Assembly (NCBI GenBank): GCA_014905635.1
Contig: JABVCE010000038.1
Span: forward strand, 186,001 to 246,936
Reading direction: 5' to 3'
DNA: 60,936 bases
Origin: Scenedesmus sp. PABB004
Taxonomy: Eukaryota
Shown: one piece after another, positions 10,043 through 23,100 of the stretch
How positions within the stretch are numbered: the first letter of the stretch is position 1
Layout of the letters: the number at the start of each line of letters is the position of its first letter
Position numbers and translations under genes: made by a program
The notes under the pieces: model-generated
The model's input: the letters and a program-made list of their open reading frames with translations, nothing else
What the model was told of the DNA's origin: nothing
Databases searched by the model: none

Positions 10043-12633
10043 TCAGGTGCCGATGACCGCCCGCCCGCCGCCGACCTCCAGCACGCCGTGCGCGCCACCG
10101 TTCGCGGGCTCGCCGCCGCTCCCGGGCTCGCCCCCGGCGGGCGGCGGCGGCCGGGCGTAGAACCGGCGCCAGAGCCAGTGCCGCTCCCACGCGCGCGCGA
10201 GGCTCTCGAGCGGCTCCGCGCGGCCCTCCGGCAGCGCCGCGACGGCGAAGAGCATCACCCCGGCGGTGGTCCCCGTGGCGACCCAAATCACGTTGGTGCC
10301 CATGCGGCAGAGCAGGGTCCCCCGAATCGCGGTCGAGAGGCTGCGCGCGCAGCGTGGCGGCGGCGGGCGCGGGGCGGGCGCGGGGCGCGCGCGCGGCTCG
10401 GTGGGCCGCCCTGCCGCGCTGGGCCGCGGTCGCAGCTCAAACAAGAGCGGCGCAGAGGGCGCCGGCGGCGTGCAACGCCGCCAAGAAAGCCGCCGCACCC
10501 TGGACTCCCAGGCCCGCACCTGCGCATGAAAAAGTCGACAGCGAGCGCGAGGCCGACCGCGTGCGCGCGCGTCGCGAGCGGCTGGCTGGACGTGTAGACC
10601 GCGGGCGCCATCGCCCAGAGCCCGCCGACGCTCGCCGCGGCGTTGGTCAGGTACAGCACGAGCGCCGCGGTCGTCGCGCCGCGGCCGAGCGGGCGCGGCG
10701 ACGCGACGAGCAGCGCGCCGACGCCGGCCCAGGTGAGCGCGCCGATCGCGCAGCCGGCGGCGATCATGCGGCGCGGGCTGAAGCGCAACGCGACCACGAC
10801 GGCGACCAGCCCGGCTGCGGGCGGGGCGCGCGCGGCGCGTGAGCGCGCAGGCGCGCGCGGCGCCGCGCTGCAGCGCTCGGCGCGGCGCACCGACTGTGCA
10901 CGTCGCGCCCAGCACGGCCGTGCCGTCGAGCAACGCGTTGGCGTTAAACATTACCGGGAGCAGCCCAACCAGGGCGGGCCCCAAGACCATGAAATGCCCT
11001 GCGCCGCGCGTGGGAGTGAGCGGGCGGCAGGGCGGGGCGCGCAGCGGGTGCGCGGGGCGCGCGCCGCGCACCCGAGACCTCCACGGACGCCGCGAGCATG
11101 CAGCCGGCGATGAGCGGCGGCAGGTTGGGCCGGTGCACCAGCGCGCGCAACTGCTTGGCCATCACATGCGCCTGCGGGGCGCGGCGGCGGCGGTCCGAGC
11201 CTCTCGGCCGCGCCGCCGCGCGCGCCGGCAGGCCGCCCTGGACCGCCGCGCCGCCGCGCCGGCGGGGCTCCCCGGGCCGCGGCGGCTCACGTTTGCGCGC
11301 ACCGCGCCGCTCGGGCGGCCGGCGGCCTTCCAAATCTCCATCAGCTCCGCGTCGATCTGCTCCGCGTGGAACGGCCCCCGAATCACAAACAGCATCTCCC
11401 GGCCCTCGGTGAGCCGCCCGCGCTGCACGAGGCTGTGCGGCGTCTCGGGGAGCCAGCAGAGCAGGAGCAGCATGACCGCGCTCGGCCAGCCCGCCATCGC
11501 GACCATCGCGCGCCAGCCGTGCGGGCCGACGTCGGCGTCGGCGACCGCCTTCATCACCACCAGCGCCACGCACATGCCCGCCTGGCGGCCGAGCGCGACG
11601 GCCGCAAAGCCCGCGCCGCGCCAGCGCGGCGGCGAGACCTCGGCGACCTCCAGGAACGCCGCGAGCAGCAGCGTGCTCGCGCCCGCGCCGACGAGCAGGT
11701 TGCCCACGAGGAGCTGGGCCCATTGGAACGACGCCGCCTGCAGCACCATGCCTGCGTAGCATGGGCGGCGCGGACTCTCTGCCGGCCGCGACGCGGGCGC
11801 GCGCGCGCGCGGGCGGGCGAGGCGCGCAGAGCAGCCGAGGGCGCAGATCCCTCAGCGCGACGCGCACCTGCGAGGAAGAGGGCGTTCGCCGCGCACCAGA
11901 CGACCTTGCGGCCAAACAGCCGGCACGTCCAGGCGGCCGGCAAGGTCGCGACGGCCGACGCGAGCATGCGCACGGCGACAAACCACGCGCGCGCGGTGTT
12001 GACCGCGCTGCACCAGCACGGCTCGGGCGGCTCGCACGCGGCGAGCGTCTTGCCCCGGTTCACGCCGCCGAGCGTGAGGCCGCGCGCGGCGAGCTGCGTG
12101 AACGTCTGGCTGATGAACGACCTCCTGCCCCGCCGCGGCGGCGGCGGCGGCAGAGGGGCGGGGGCGGCGGCGGCGGCGGCCGTCGGCGGCAGCGGCCGTC
12201 GGCGGCAGCGGCGGCGGCCGTTGGCGGCGGCCGTCGGCAGCAGCGACGGCGGGGCGTCGCTGAGCCGCGGCGCGCCGGCGGCATGCGCAGCGCGCACTGG
12301 CTCTGGTCCGACATGGCCACGCTGTCAATGAACCCCACAGCATAGCCGGCCGTCATTGTGGCCCAGAGCACGACCTGCGGCGGCCGCTGCGTTGTCGCGC
12401 CGGCTGGTGACGCCCCGCGCTGCTCCGGGCCCGCGCGCCGCACGCACCCAGACGGCGGGCGTGACTTGGTTGCGCTTGCGCGACCCGGTCGGTGCGCGAT
12501 CGCCCGCCGGCGCGCGCATCTGCTGCGCCTGCGCGGGCGGGGGAGCGGCGGCACCGCCGACGGCCGGCAGCGCTGCTGCCGCCGCGCCGCCCGCTGGCCC
12601 GCTGCTGCTCAGCCTGCGCATCAGGTGCGACAT
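10043..12633 (-). CDS. MFS sugar porter family transporter (divergent STP/HUP-like)
   Basis: TCRLFGRK, EVSPPRWRG, GWRAMVAMAGWPS, LPETPHSLVQRG, LPE in the C-terminal half, multiple hydrophobic helices across spliced exons. Confidence 0.85.
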
Positions 12634-13428
12634 TGCTGCGCCCCGAGTCACGCGGCACTCAAACGGGGCGGCCCGGCCATCGGCGGCGGTCGGTTCGATC
12701 GCCGCCGCTGCTGAGCTGAGGTGCCGCTGAGGTGCCGCTGAGCGCCTGGCCTCTGCGCCTGTGTGTGCGCATGTGCTTCGGTACGAGGGGGCGGCAACGC
12801 CTTGCCGGGACCAGCCGCGCTCGTCGCGACGGCTCGTCACCGCCGGCAGCGCGACAAGGAGCCCGCCCGACGCTCGTGCCGCGCGCGCAGTGGGTTCAAG
12901 CCCGATCAGTCCAGACACAAACAAACAACGGTTCTGGGGCCACCGCACACGCGCGCGGCGCCACAAGCAGTGCGCCTGGCCGTGCGACGCGCGCGTCCAG
13001 ACGGCCGTTCAATGAGCACCGACGGCGAGCACCGAACCTTTTCGCGATGCCCCCCCCTGAAAAACCACAGGGCCGAGAGCGCGCTGGCTCAGGCCTCCGC
13101 GCCGCCCCGCGCCTCATGGCTGCGCGCCCGGCGGCGGCGCCGCCGGGTCGTGCACGGCGCGCCCGCGCGCGTCAGCGCGGGGCGGCGCGGAGTGGGTGGG
13201 TGCGTGTGGGAGTGACGCGTGGGTGGCAGCGCAGTGCTCTAGACCCCAACCAGCAGGCGCGACAGCAATCCACAGCGGCCAGCACCAGTGCCGCGAGTGC
13301 AGCCCTGCAATCCCCACCCCGCCCCGCCGCCCACGGCGCCGTCCAGGCCGCCGGTCGCGCCGCCACTCCCGAGCTGGAGCCCCCGGTGCCTCCTCTGCCC
13401 CCCGCCACAGCCGGCCCGTCGTGATTTT

Positions 13429-15475
13429 TTAGCTGGCGTGCCCCGCGGCGGGGTCCTTGCCGCCCGCCGCGCCGCCGGGCACGTCGGCCACGTCGGCGCG
13501 CAGGTCCGGCGCCGACGGCGCGGCGGCGATCGGCAGCGCCGCCTGCGCCGCGCGCCAGCGCGACACGCGGCCCGCCATGTAGTGAGCGAGCGGCTGCCCC
13601 ACAAAGATCTGCAGCAGCTGCCCCGTGACCGCGGGCACCGCGAGCAGGCCCTGCGCCACAGGGTCCGGCGTGAGGTAGGTGATCGCCGTCACGGCGACGG
13701 GCGCCGATTTCTGGGCGCGGGCGCGGTGCGGCGGCGTGGGCGGCGCGGGCGCGGCGGCGCGTCAGCAGGGCGCGAGCGGGAGCGGCGCGCGCCCGCACAG
13801 GCAGCCCCGCACGCCCGTGTTGCCACATGCCGGGCGCTGCACCTGCGAGGACATGATGATGGTGCTGACCGCCTCTGGCGGCGGCACGCGCATGAGCGTG
13901 ACGGTGATGGAGTTGAAAATGAGATATGCGATGTGGATCAGCAGCGCGGTGAGCAGCACGAGCAGCATCGTGCCGAACGACGTGCCCACGATGAGATCGC
14001 GCGCGCTCGAGAGCGTCTGCGCGGCGCGCGGCGGGCGCGGCGGGGCCGTCAGGGCGGCGGCGCCGGCGCGCCGGCGTGCCGCGCAGGGCCCCAGCAGCCG
14101 GCCCGCGCGGGCGCGGCGCGGCGCGGCGGCGCGCGCGCGCCTGCCAGATGAGGAGCGCGAGGTTGGTGTTGTTCACGAGCCCGAGCTCGGTGCGGTGCGC
14201 CTTGGCCCACGCCGCGACGGGCGGCACCGCGTCGCGCAGCACCTTGCCGAGCAGCGTCGGCACAAAGTTGGAGAGGAGGAGCTTGACGAACATGTCAAGG
14301 ATGTTGATGTCGAGCTCGAGCGCCAGCACCGACGCGCCGCGGCCGAGCATGACTTTGAGCCAGAGGGGGACGAGCACGACGCCGATGACGTTCGACGCGA
14401 CGGTCAGGAAGATGGCCAGCCCCACGTTGCCCTGCGCGCGCGCGCGGGCAGAGGGGGAGCGGGGATAATAGGGAGGGGGCGGGCAAGGGGCGGGGCGGGG
14501 CGGCGCGCGGCGGCGGCGCCGGGGCGAGGGCCGGCGCCGCGCCGCGCCGCGCGCCTTGGCGGACGTCGCGAGGCTGATGCCGACGCCGAGCGTGGTCGGG
14601 ACGACGGTGAAAATGGTCAGCCCCGCGACGTACTCCGCGGGCGCGAGCGGCAGGCGCCGCACCGCAAAGCCGAGCAGCGGCGTGATGCCGACGATGGAGA
14701 CGAGGCCAAACACGGTGCCTGTTGACGTGGTTGGTCGTGTCGGGCGCGGCGGCGCGCGGGCGGGGCGGGCGCGGGTCGGCGGGCGGCCGCCGCTGGCGCC
14801 GCTGGGCCCGCCAGCGCAGCTGACCCAGGCTGGCCCGCAGCCGGCCGCCGCCGCTGGCCGCCGCCGCTGGCCGCGGCGCGCGCGCGCGCGCACCGAGCGC
14901 GGCGGTGCGCGTGAACGCGGCGCGCAGCTCGTTCGTGTTGAGCGTGAGGCCGCTGATGAAGAAAACGATGCATATGTTGATGAACGTCACGACGTGAACG
15001 CCCATCACCGAGGGCGACAGCACCACCTGCGCGCACGCGTGTTGGCGGCTGCGGCGTGCGCCGCGCCCCACGCGTCCGCTCGCCGCACCCGCCCCGGCAG
15101 CGGCCACGCCATGGCGACCACGAACGCCACCAGGAACGCCAGCGGCAGGTAGTTGCGCAGCACGTACGCCCTGGCGGGCGGCGGGCCGGCGGCGGGCCGC
15201 GGCGTGGGCGGCGGGCGGCTGCTTGCGCCGGCGCTGCGGCAGCTTCGGTGCAACCTCCTGACTCACTTGACGGCCGGCCAGAGCGGGGGCTCGGCCGGCG
15301 CGCCCGCCGGGCGCTTTGGCAGCAGGCCCATCGCGCTCCGCGGCAACCGCCCGGGCGGCGCAGGCGGGCGGCGTTCCCTGCAGCGCAGCACGGGCAAGGC
15401 GCGGCCTCGGCGCGACTGGGCGGCGGCTGCTCCCCCTCGCGCGTGGGGCAGGTCGGGACGCTCGCTTGAACCCAT
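13429..15475 (-). CDS. Bile acid:sodium symporter family (BASS4/SBF-like) transporter; start at 15475 or 15331
   Basis: NYLPLAFLVAFVVAMAWPLPG, IVFFISGLTL, VPTTLGVGISL, GNVGLAIFLTVASNVIGV, SSQ|KSAPVAVT, GQLLQIFV. Stop TAA at 13429. Confidence 0.88.
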
Positions 15476-15922
15476 GGAACGGCGCTCCAAGTGGCTGGTG
15501 GCTCGCGCTTGAGTGCGCGGCCTGTCCAGCGCACCTGGGTCACCTAGCCGCCCCGCTGCGCGCCGCCCGGCGCGCCGCCCGCCGCCGCTGGTGACGCCGG
15601 CGCTGCTGCTGCCGCGCGTGCCGGGCGACGACCAAAAGCGCTGCTCCGCCTGTTCACGGCTCAAGCCCGATCAAGCGCAGGAGGAGCTCGTCCCCCTCGA
15701 GGACGAGCCGGGCCGCCGCGCACGCGGCAAGGCGAGCAGTGCTGGGCGCTCAGCGCCGTTGTCAGTGCGAATTGTTCCGGCTCGTGCGTTGTGATCAGGG
15801 GTCGACCCGCCAGCAGCGTCGCGTGTTGTTGGTACACACCTGCGCCAAGGCAAACGCACGAACACGCCCGCGACACAATCACGCTGCTCTCTCGGCAAAG
15901 CACCACTACAAGCGATCAGGTG

Positions 15923-18825
15923 TCAAGGCTGCTCCGCGCCGCCGCCGCTGCCGGCGCCGCCGCCGCTGCCGGCGCCGCCGCCCTCCCAGGCGGCGGGGTC
16001 GATGGCCTCCGCGCAGCAGCTCGCCGCCTCGCCGCCCTCCCCCGCCGCCGCGCTGCTCGACGCCGGCAGCGCCGCGGCGCCGCTGCCGCCGGGGCTGGCG
16101 GCGGCGCCGCCGCCGGGGCTGGCGGCGGCGCCGCCGCCGGCCTCCCACGCCGCCGCGAGCATCGCCGCGACGCCGGCGCCGCCGCCGCCGGTGCCGCCGG
16201 CGCCGCGCGACGCGGAGCTCGCGGCCGCGCCCGAGCTCGCCGACGCGGCGCGGCGGCTGAGCGACGGCGCGGGCGTCACGCCAAACGCGCCGTTGCGGTC
16301 GCGCGCAAACGTGCGCAGATAGTGCGCGGCGTCGATGTCGAGGTTTGCCCGGAACGACCGCCGCGCCGAGCCGGCGGCCGAGCCGGGCGCCGACGGCGGC
16401 GGCGCGTCCAGCATGATGAGCGCGGCCTCGTCCTGCAGCGCCGCGCGCAGCGACGCGCCGTCGCCCCGGCTGTACGTGAGCGCGGCTGGCGGGCGGCGCG
16501 GAGGGGGGAGGCGCGCGCGCGGCGGCGCGGCGGGGGCGGGGCGTCAGACGGGGTTTGGGAGCAGGGCCCCGCACCAGCACCGCGCCGTCGCGCCCGGCGG
16601 CGCGCACCGAGCACGAGCACCGCAAAGCCGCCGGCCTGCAGGAAGCTCCACGCCAGCCACGGCTCGCCGGGCAGCAGCGCGGGGCCGCCGCCCAGCCCCG
16701 GCGCGGTGGGCGCGGGCGCGGTCGCGGGCGCGGGCGCGGGCGCGGCGGGCGGGCCGCCGGCGCGCGCGAGCTCGTCGGCGGCGTCGGGCGCCAGCGCGGC
16801 GGCGACAGCGTATATGACCAGGTTGACGACCCACACAAACAGCGTGCGCACGGCCTGCAGCAGCGTCGTGTCGGCCGCGCTGAGCTCGCCTGCGCGCGTG
16901 CGCGCGTGCGGCGGCGGCGGCGGCGTGAGCGCGGCCGCGCCCGGCCCCCGGCCAGCCCCCCGCCCAGCCCCGGGCCCGCGCGCGCGAGCGCGTGCATTTC
17001 TGCGCGCATTCGCGCCTGCGGTGACCATGCTGCAGAGGTTGTAGCCCTGAAGCGCGCCAGTGTAGGCCGCGAGCAGCCCCGCGAGCAGCGGGCGGCTCCA
17101 GAGCATGGAGAGCGAGTCAAACGAGTCCTCGCTCAGGCCCCAGCCCTCGGCGCCCGCGCCCGCGAGCCCCGCGAGCGGCAGCACGACCAGCAGCTGCGCG
17201 CGCGGCGGGGCGGCGCGCGCGGGGGGTGGGCGCGAGGGGCGGTGCGCGCGCGGGCGCGGCGGGCGTGCGCACTCAACACAGCATCAACAACCCACGCGCG
17301 CACCGTGAGCGCGGCGCCGAGCAGGCCCTGCGCGCCGACGAGCTTGAGCGGCGAGAGCCGCAGCCGCCGGCTGTACCAGGCCTCGTCGATGAGCAGCTGC
17401 CCGGCCGCGACCATCTGGCTCGCCAGCACGAGCCCGACGCCCGCGGCCATCGCGCCGCGCGACCGCGGCGCGGTCGAGCCGCCGTAGCCCGACGCCAGGG
17501 ACGCGGCGGCGACCATGGCGAGGCCGGCCTGGGCGCGGCGCGGGGCGCGGGCGGCAGCGGCGGCGGCGGCGGCGCGGGGCGTGAGGTCGAGCGCGGCTGC
17601 GGGGGCGGAGGCGGGCGCGCGCCGGCGCGTGCCGCCAGCGGCGGCGCGCGCTGGCGCACCGCGCAGCCCGCGAGGCCGCTGACGTGGTGCGCGTTGAGGC
17701 GCTTGCCCCACAGCCCGACGCCGAGCAGCGCGGCGAACAGCAGCAGCGACTGGCGCAGCATCTGCGCCGCCGACGCGGTGATCGCGAGGAGGCCGACGTT
17801 GAGCAGCCCGCTGCTCGCGAGGTCGCACAGCGTCGGCACCAGCAGCCGCAGCAGCTCCAGGCTCGGCAGCCGGCCGCGCGCGGCGCCGCCGCCGCCGGGC
17901 AGCAGCAGCAGCGTCGCCTCCATCATCTGCGCGGCACGCGGCGGCGGCCCCGCGGCAGCAGCGGCGGCGGGAGCCCGTCGGCGAGTCGCACGGTCGCCGC
18001 GGGGGCGCGGGGCCACCGTGCCGCCGCGCGGTCGCGCGCCGTCGCGGCCGCAGCAGCACCACGCACGCGCGCACCTCGTCGTCGTCCGCGCCGGGGTGCA
18101 GCAGCGGTGCCGCGAGCGGGTCGAGCCGCCGCCGCACGGGCGCGCGCTTGGGCCGCAGCCGGCGCGCCGACGCGCGCACGAGGTCCAGCAGCAGCGACAG
18201 CGGCAGATTCATCGACATGCCTTCGGCGCGGCGGGCGAGGGCGGGGCGCCAGCGGCAGGGGCACCAGGGGCGTCAGGGGCACCAGGGGCGTCAGGGGCGC
18301 CGCGCCCGGGCGGCGGAGCTGCTGCTCTGCCCCGCTGCTGCCGCCCGGCAGCTGCCTCGCCGCCGCGTCCGCACCGACAAACATGCAGAGCACGAGGAAC
18401 CAGGGCTTGTGGAAGGGGCGCACCGTGCCGTCGCGGCCGACCGCCTCAACCTCATACGCTGCGCGCGCCGCGGCGGCGGCAGCGCGCGCGCGGTCAGCGC
18501 GGGCGCGCGCGGACGTGCGCGGGGCGGGGCGCCCGCTGCCGCGGGCCCCGCGGCGCGCACCGAGCTTGCCGAGCGTCGACACGGCCACGCCGCACGCGAC
18601 GAGCCCCGCGGCGCCGAGCCGGCGCACGCGCGGGCCGGGCGGCGCGGTCGGCGGCGCCGGCGCGTCGGCGTACGCGTGCAGGCCGTCCGCGAGCGCATAC
18701 GTGAGGAGCGTCGCGCGCTGCGCGTGCTCGCGCACCCACACCGCGGTGTGCGAGATGAAGGGGCTGGGCGAGAAGGAGCCGCCGGAGCCCTGCAGGCGCG
18801 GCCCGCCGTCCGGGCCGCCAGCCAT
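15923..18825 (-). CDS. SLC35F6-like nucleotide-sugar/DMT transporter
   Basis: PFHKPWFLVLCMFV, LLVPTLCDLASSGLLNVGLLAITASAAQMLRQS, LSPLKLVGAQGLLG, LLQAVRTLFVWV, GEPWLAWSFLQAGGF. Confidence 0.85.
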
Positions 18826-19372
18826 CAACGCCGCCGCCGCGCAGCAGCGCTCGGCGCCGCGGCCGCGCGCCGCCGCCGCCGCCGCCGCGCAGCAGCAGCG
18901 CTCGGCGCCGCGGCCGCCCTGCCGCCGCCGCCGCACGCGCCGCCGATCGCCGGCGCAGTCGGCGCAGGCGCTGCTGCAGTCGGCCTTCGGCTTCCTCGCT
19001 GCGCGCGCCGCGCCCCAGCGCCAGCGGCTGCACCGCGGGGCGGCGGCGCCGGTGCCGCTGCCACTGCCGCTCGGCGCGGCCGGCTGGGGCAGCTACGTGG
19101 GACGCGGGGAGGCGTAGCGCGTGGGTGGTGCCACAGGCGATCTGAGGGCGGGGGCGCGCGGGCTCGGGAGCCGTGTGCGTGCGCAGCGGGGCTCAGAGTC
19201 CGCCGGTCTGCTCGTCGCTGGCGAGCGCCCTCGCTGCGATCTCGCGAGGCGTCCACAGCTCGGGGGCGGGTGATCAGGACCTTGGGAACACGCCAAGCCG
19301 CCCCGCAGAGGCAGACGATGCCGCCGGCGCGCGGCAGCAGCTGAGGCCGGCCTCGGAGGCGCGGGGAGAACG

Positions 19373-20158
19373 ATGCTGGGCCAGGCGCGCGGCCTGGCGG
19401 CGTCGGCAGCTCAGAACTCCGGCGATGGCGGAGCCTGGGGGGCGCCCGTGCCCAGGTGGGCGCGCGCCGTCGGGCATCGGCAGCAGCAGCCGGCCCGGGC
19501 ACCCAACAGCGGCAGGGGGCCGCCGGATCAATGCTCACGCGCCTTCAATCGCTCACGCCATGCCATCCGCGCGCCGCCGCAGGCTGGGCTGCGCCCCGCG
19601 CGCGTGGGCGCCGCTGCGGCAGCCGTCCTCCGGGGTGAGCGGCACGGGCGGCTGCCGCAGCGGCCGTGGCGGGGCTCCTCCCGCGCATTGCGGCCCGACG
19701 GGCGCCCTCGCGGGTGGCGCCGGGCCCGGCGGCGAGCGGGCGCGCTGCGGCGCGGCGGAGCGCGCCGGAGCAGCCGTCGCCGGCGGCAGGCCCGATCGGC
19801 GCGCCGCTGCGGCGGCCCCCTCGCTCAGGCCCGCCCCCGCCCCGCCCCGCCTCGCGTCGCGCAGCTGCGGGCGCTCAGGAGCGGCGCCGACGCCGGCGGG
19901 CAGCGAGCAGCGAGCAGCGCAGCGATCCGGCGGCCGCTCGCCGCCCTGCGCGCCTCGGCGTTTGGCGGCGCGAGCGGCGGCCGGGGGCACGCGCTGGACG
20001 CGCCCCACCCCAGCTGCCCGGGCAGCCCGAGCAGCAGCGGGGGCGGCGGCAGCGGCCCCGGCGGCGGCGGCGGCAGCAGCAGCAGCAGCAGGCTGGATGT
20101 GCGCGCGGCGGCTGCAGCGGCAGCCGCCTGTTCGTTCCCCGACCACCGCGGCCAGCTG

Positions 20159-20196
<38 letters not shown>

Positions 20197-23100
20197 GGGC
20201 GCGCAGCTGAGCAGCCACCTCCGGCAGTCGGTGCAGGAGGCGTTCAACGTGATTGTTCACATGCCGGGCGCCGCCTGGCCGCAGACCGCGGCGCCGGCGG
20301 CCTGGAGCGAGGCGCCGGCGCTGGCGCAGACAGCGGCGTGGCTGCAGGAGCCGCCCGCGCGCGTGGGCCGGCCGGAGCAGCTGGAGCAGCAGCGGTGGCA
20401 GCTTGACCCGGAGCAGCAGCAGCGGCAGGCGTGGCGAGAGCAGCAGCAGGCGCTGCTGGCGCCCCACGCCTGGCTGGAGGAGCCGGAGCGCGCGGAGCAG
20501 CAGCGCCACGCGGAGCCGGCGGCGCGCCGGGGCGCCGCGGGCCGCGCCGGCGGCGGCGAGAGCAGCAGCAGCAGCAGAAGCGACGACGCGGCGGGCGCGC
20601 GCGGCTCGGCGCAGGAGCTGACGCGGCGCATCCAGGCCTGCCAGAGCGCGGCCGCGCTCGAGGCGGCGCTCGCGCCGCGCTGGGCCGAGCTGGACCACAT
20701 CCACGTGTCCGCGGCGCTTGTGCAGCTCGCGCGGCTGCAGCGCGCCGCGTCCAGCGGCGGCGGCGCCGCCTACTACCGGCCCTCCACACCCGGCGGCGGC
20801 GCGAGCGCGGCGCTGCTCGAGCGCCTGCTCGCCGCGGCGCACGCGCGCGCGCACGCGATGCAGGCGCGGCAGGTCAGCAACGTGCTGTGGGCGGCGGCGG
20901 CGCTCGGCCTGCGCCCGCCGGCGGCGGTCCAGGGCGCGCTGCTGGCGCGCGCGGGGGCGCTGTTTGCGGCCGGCACGGCGCCGCAGGGCTTTGCCAACAC
21001 GATCTGGGCGGTCGCGATGCTCAAGGCCGCCCCCGGCGCGGCCTGGCTGGACGGCTTCTTCAGCGCGTCCGCACCCCTGCTCCACGCCTTTGCGCCGCAG
21101 GAGCTCAGCAGCACGCTCTGGGCGCTCGGCAGCCTCGGCGTCGCGCCGCCGCCGGCGTGGCACGCCGCGTACGTGGCGGCCAGCACGGCGCGCATGGGCG
21201 GCGCCAACGCGCAGGCGCTCAGCAACCAGCTCTGGGCGGCGGCGAAGCTCGGGCTGCTGTGCCCGCAGCCCTGGCTCGACGCGCTGGCGTACGCGTGCCA
21301 GCTGCGCGCGCGCGAGTTCACGCCGCTGGGGCTGTCAAACCTGCTCTGGGCGGCGGCCAAGGCGAGCGGACGCGCGTCCGCCGCGGCCGGCCGCGGCGGC
21401 GCGCTCGACGACGCCCCCGCCGCGCCCGCTGGCGGCGACGGCGAGCGGCCCTGCACGCGCTGGCTCGCGCCGCTGCTCGCCGCGGCGGAGGAGCGGCTGC
21501 CGTCGTTCAACGCGCACTGCCTCTCCAACGTGGTCTGGAGCCTCGCCGTGCTGCAGCACACCCCGGGGCCGGGCTTTGCGCAGGCCGCCGCCGCGGCGCT
21601 CGCGGCCAAGGCCGGCGGCCTCTCGCCCGGCGGCGCCGCGAGCGCGCTGTGGGGCCTCGCGCGCCTGGGCGCCGTGCGCGACGCCGCGGCGCTCGCGCCG
21701 CTGCTGGCCCGGCTGGAGGCGGTGCTGCCGCAGGCGCGCAGCCAGCACCTGGTATATGTCGCCGCCGCGCTCGCGCAGCTGCGCCAGCAGGCGCCGGCGC
21801 AGCCGCCGGCGCAGCAGCTGGGGCAGCCGGAGCAGCTGGAGCAGCTGGAGCAGCAGCAGCTGGAGCAGCCAGCGCTGGGCGCGGGCGCGGCGGCTGGCGG
21901 GCCGGCCCTGCAGGCGCAGGGCGCGGCCGCGCCGGCGCCGCTGCCGCCGGGTCTGGTGGCTGGCCTGCTCGACGCGTGCGCCGCGGCGCTGCCCGACTTT
22001 GCGCCGGGGCAGCTCTGCCAGCTCGGGCGCTGGCTCGCGGCCGCGGGCGTCGCGCCGGGGGGCGCCTGGACGGAGGCCTACCTCTTCCGTGTCGCCCAGG
22101 CGCTGCCGCGGCTGGCGCCGGGGCACCAGCTCGCGGTGCTGCGCACGCTCGCGGCGTGGCGGCTCGCGCCCGCGCCCGGCTGGGTCGCCATGTTCCTCGC
22201 CGCCGCCGCGGGGCCGCCGGCGGTCGTGGGCTACTCGCCGGGCCACGTCGGCGCGCTGCTGCAGGCGCTCGCCGCGGCGCAGCTGGCGCCGGCGCCGGCG
22301 CAGCTCGAGGCCCTGCTCGGCGCGGCGGTCGCGCCGCCGCAGCGCGTCGGCCCCGGCGCCGCGGCGGGCGTGCTGATGGGGCTCTGCGCCCTCAGCTTCC
22401 GCCCACCGTCCGCCTGGCTGCAGCGCTTCTGGGCGGCCGGCGAGGCGGAGCTGGTGGCGTGCGGCGCGGACGCCGGCGAGCTGGCCGCGCTCGCGGCGGC
22501 GCTGCAGCTGCCGGAGGTCGCGCAGCTCCAGCTCCGGCCCAGCAAGGCCTGGGCCGCCGCGTACCACGGCGCGGCCGCGGCAGCACTGGCGGGGCCGGCG
22601 CAGCAGCAGCCGGACGGCAGCGCCGGCGCGGGCCTCGCGCCGCGCCAGGCGGCGGCCGTGCTCGCCGCGCTCGCGGCGGTGCGGCGGCAGCCCGGCGCCG
22701 ACCACGCGTGCCTGCTGGGCGACCTGATGGCGGTGGCGGGGCGCGGCCTGCACGCGCTGCCGCTGCGCGAGGCGCTGGCGGCGTGGTGGGCGCTCGTCGA
22801 GTTTGGGGTGCTCGCCGAGGCGGTGCCGCTGCCGCTGGTCGCCGCGGCCGCGCCGGCGCAGCCCGAGCAGGCGCAGCTGCAGGAGCAGCAGGCGCAGGAG
22901 CAGGACGAGGAGCAGGCGCAGCAGCAGGCGCACGCGGCGCCGCAGCCGCGCCAGGAGGAGTGGTCCGCGCAGCGCTGGCAGGTGCACTGGCTGGCGCGGC
23001 TCTTCCACGCCCCCGGCGCCGAGGCGGAGCTCGCCGGCCTCGGCGCGGCGCGGCTGCTGCAGCTCGCCGACTGCCTCGGGCGCCTGCAGCAGCAGGCGCC

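Noticed and set aside
12885..12910. gggttcaagccc resembles a tRNA T-loop/B-box
   Set aside because: No 5-bp T stem, acceptor stem or cloverleaf can be built around it.
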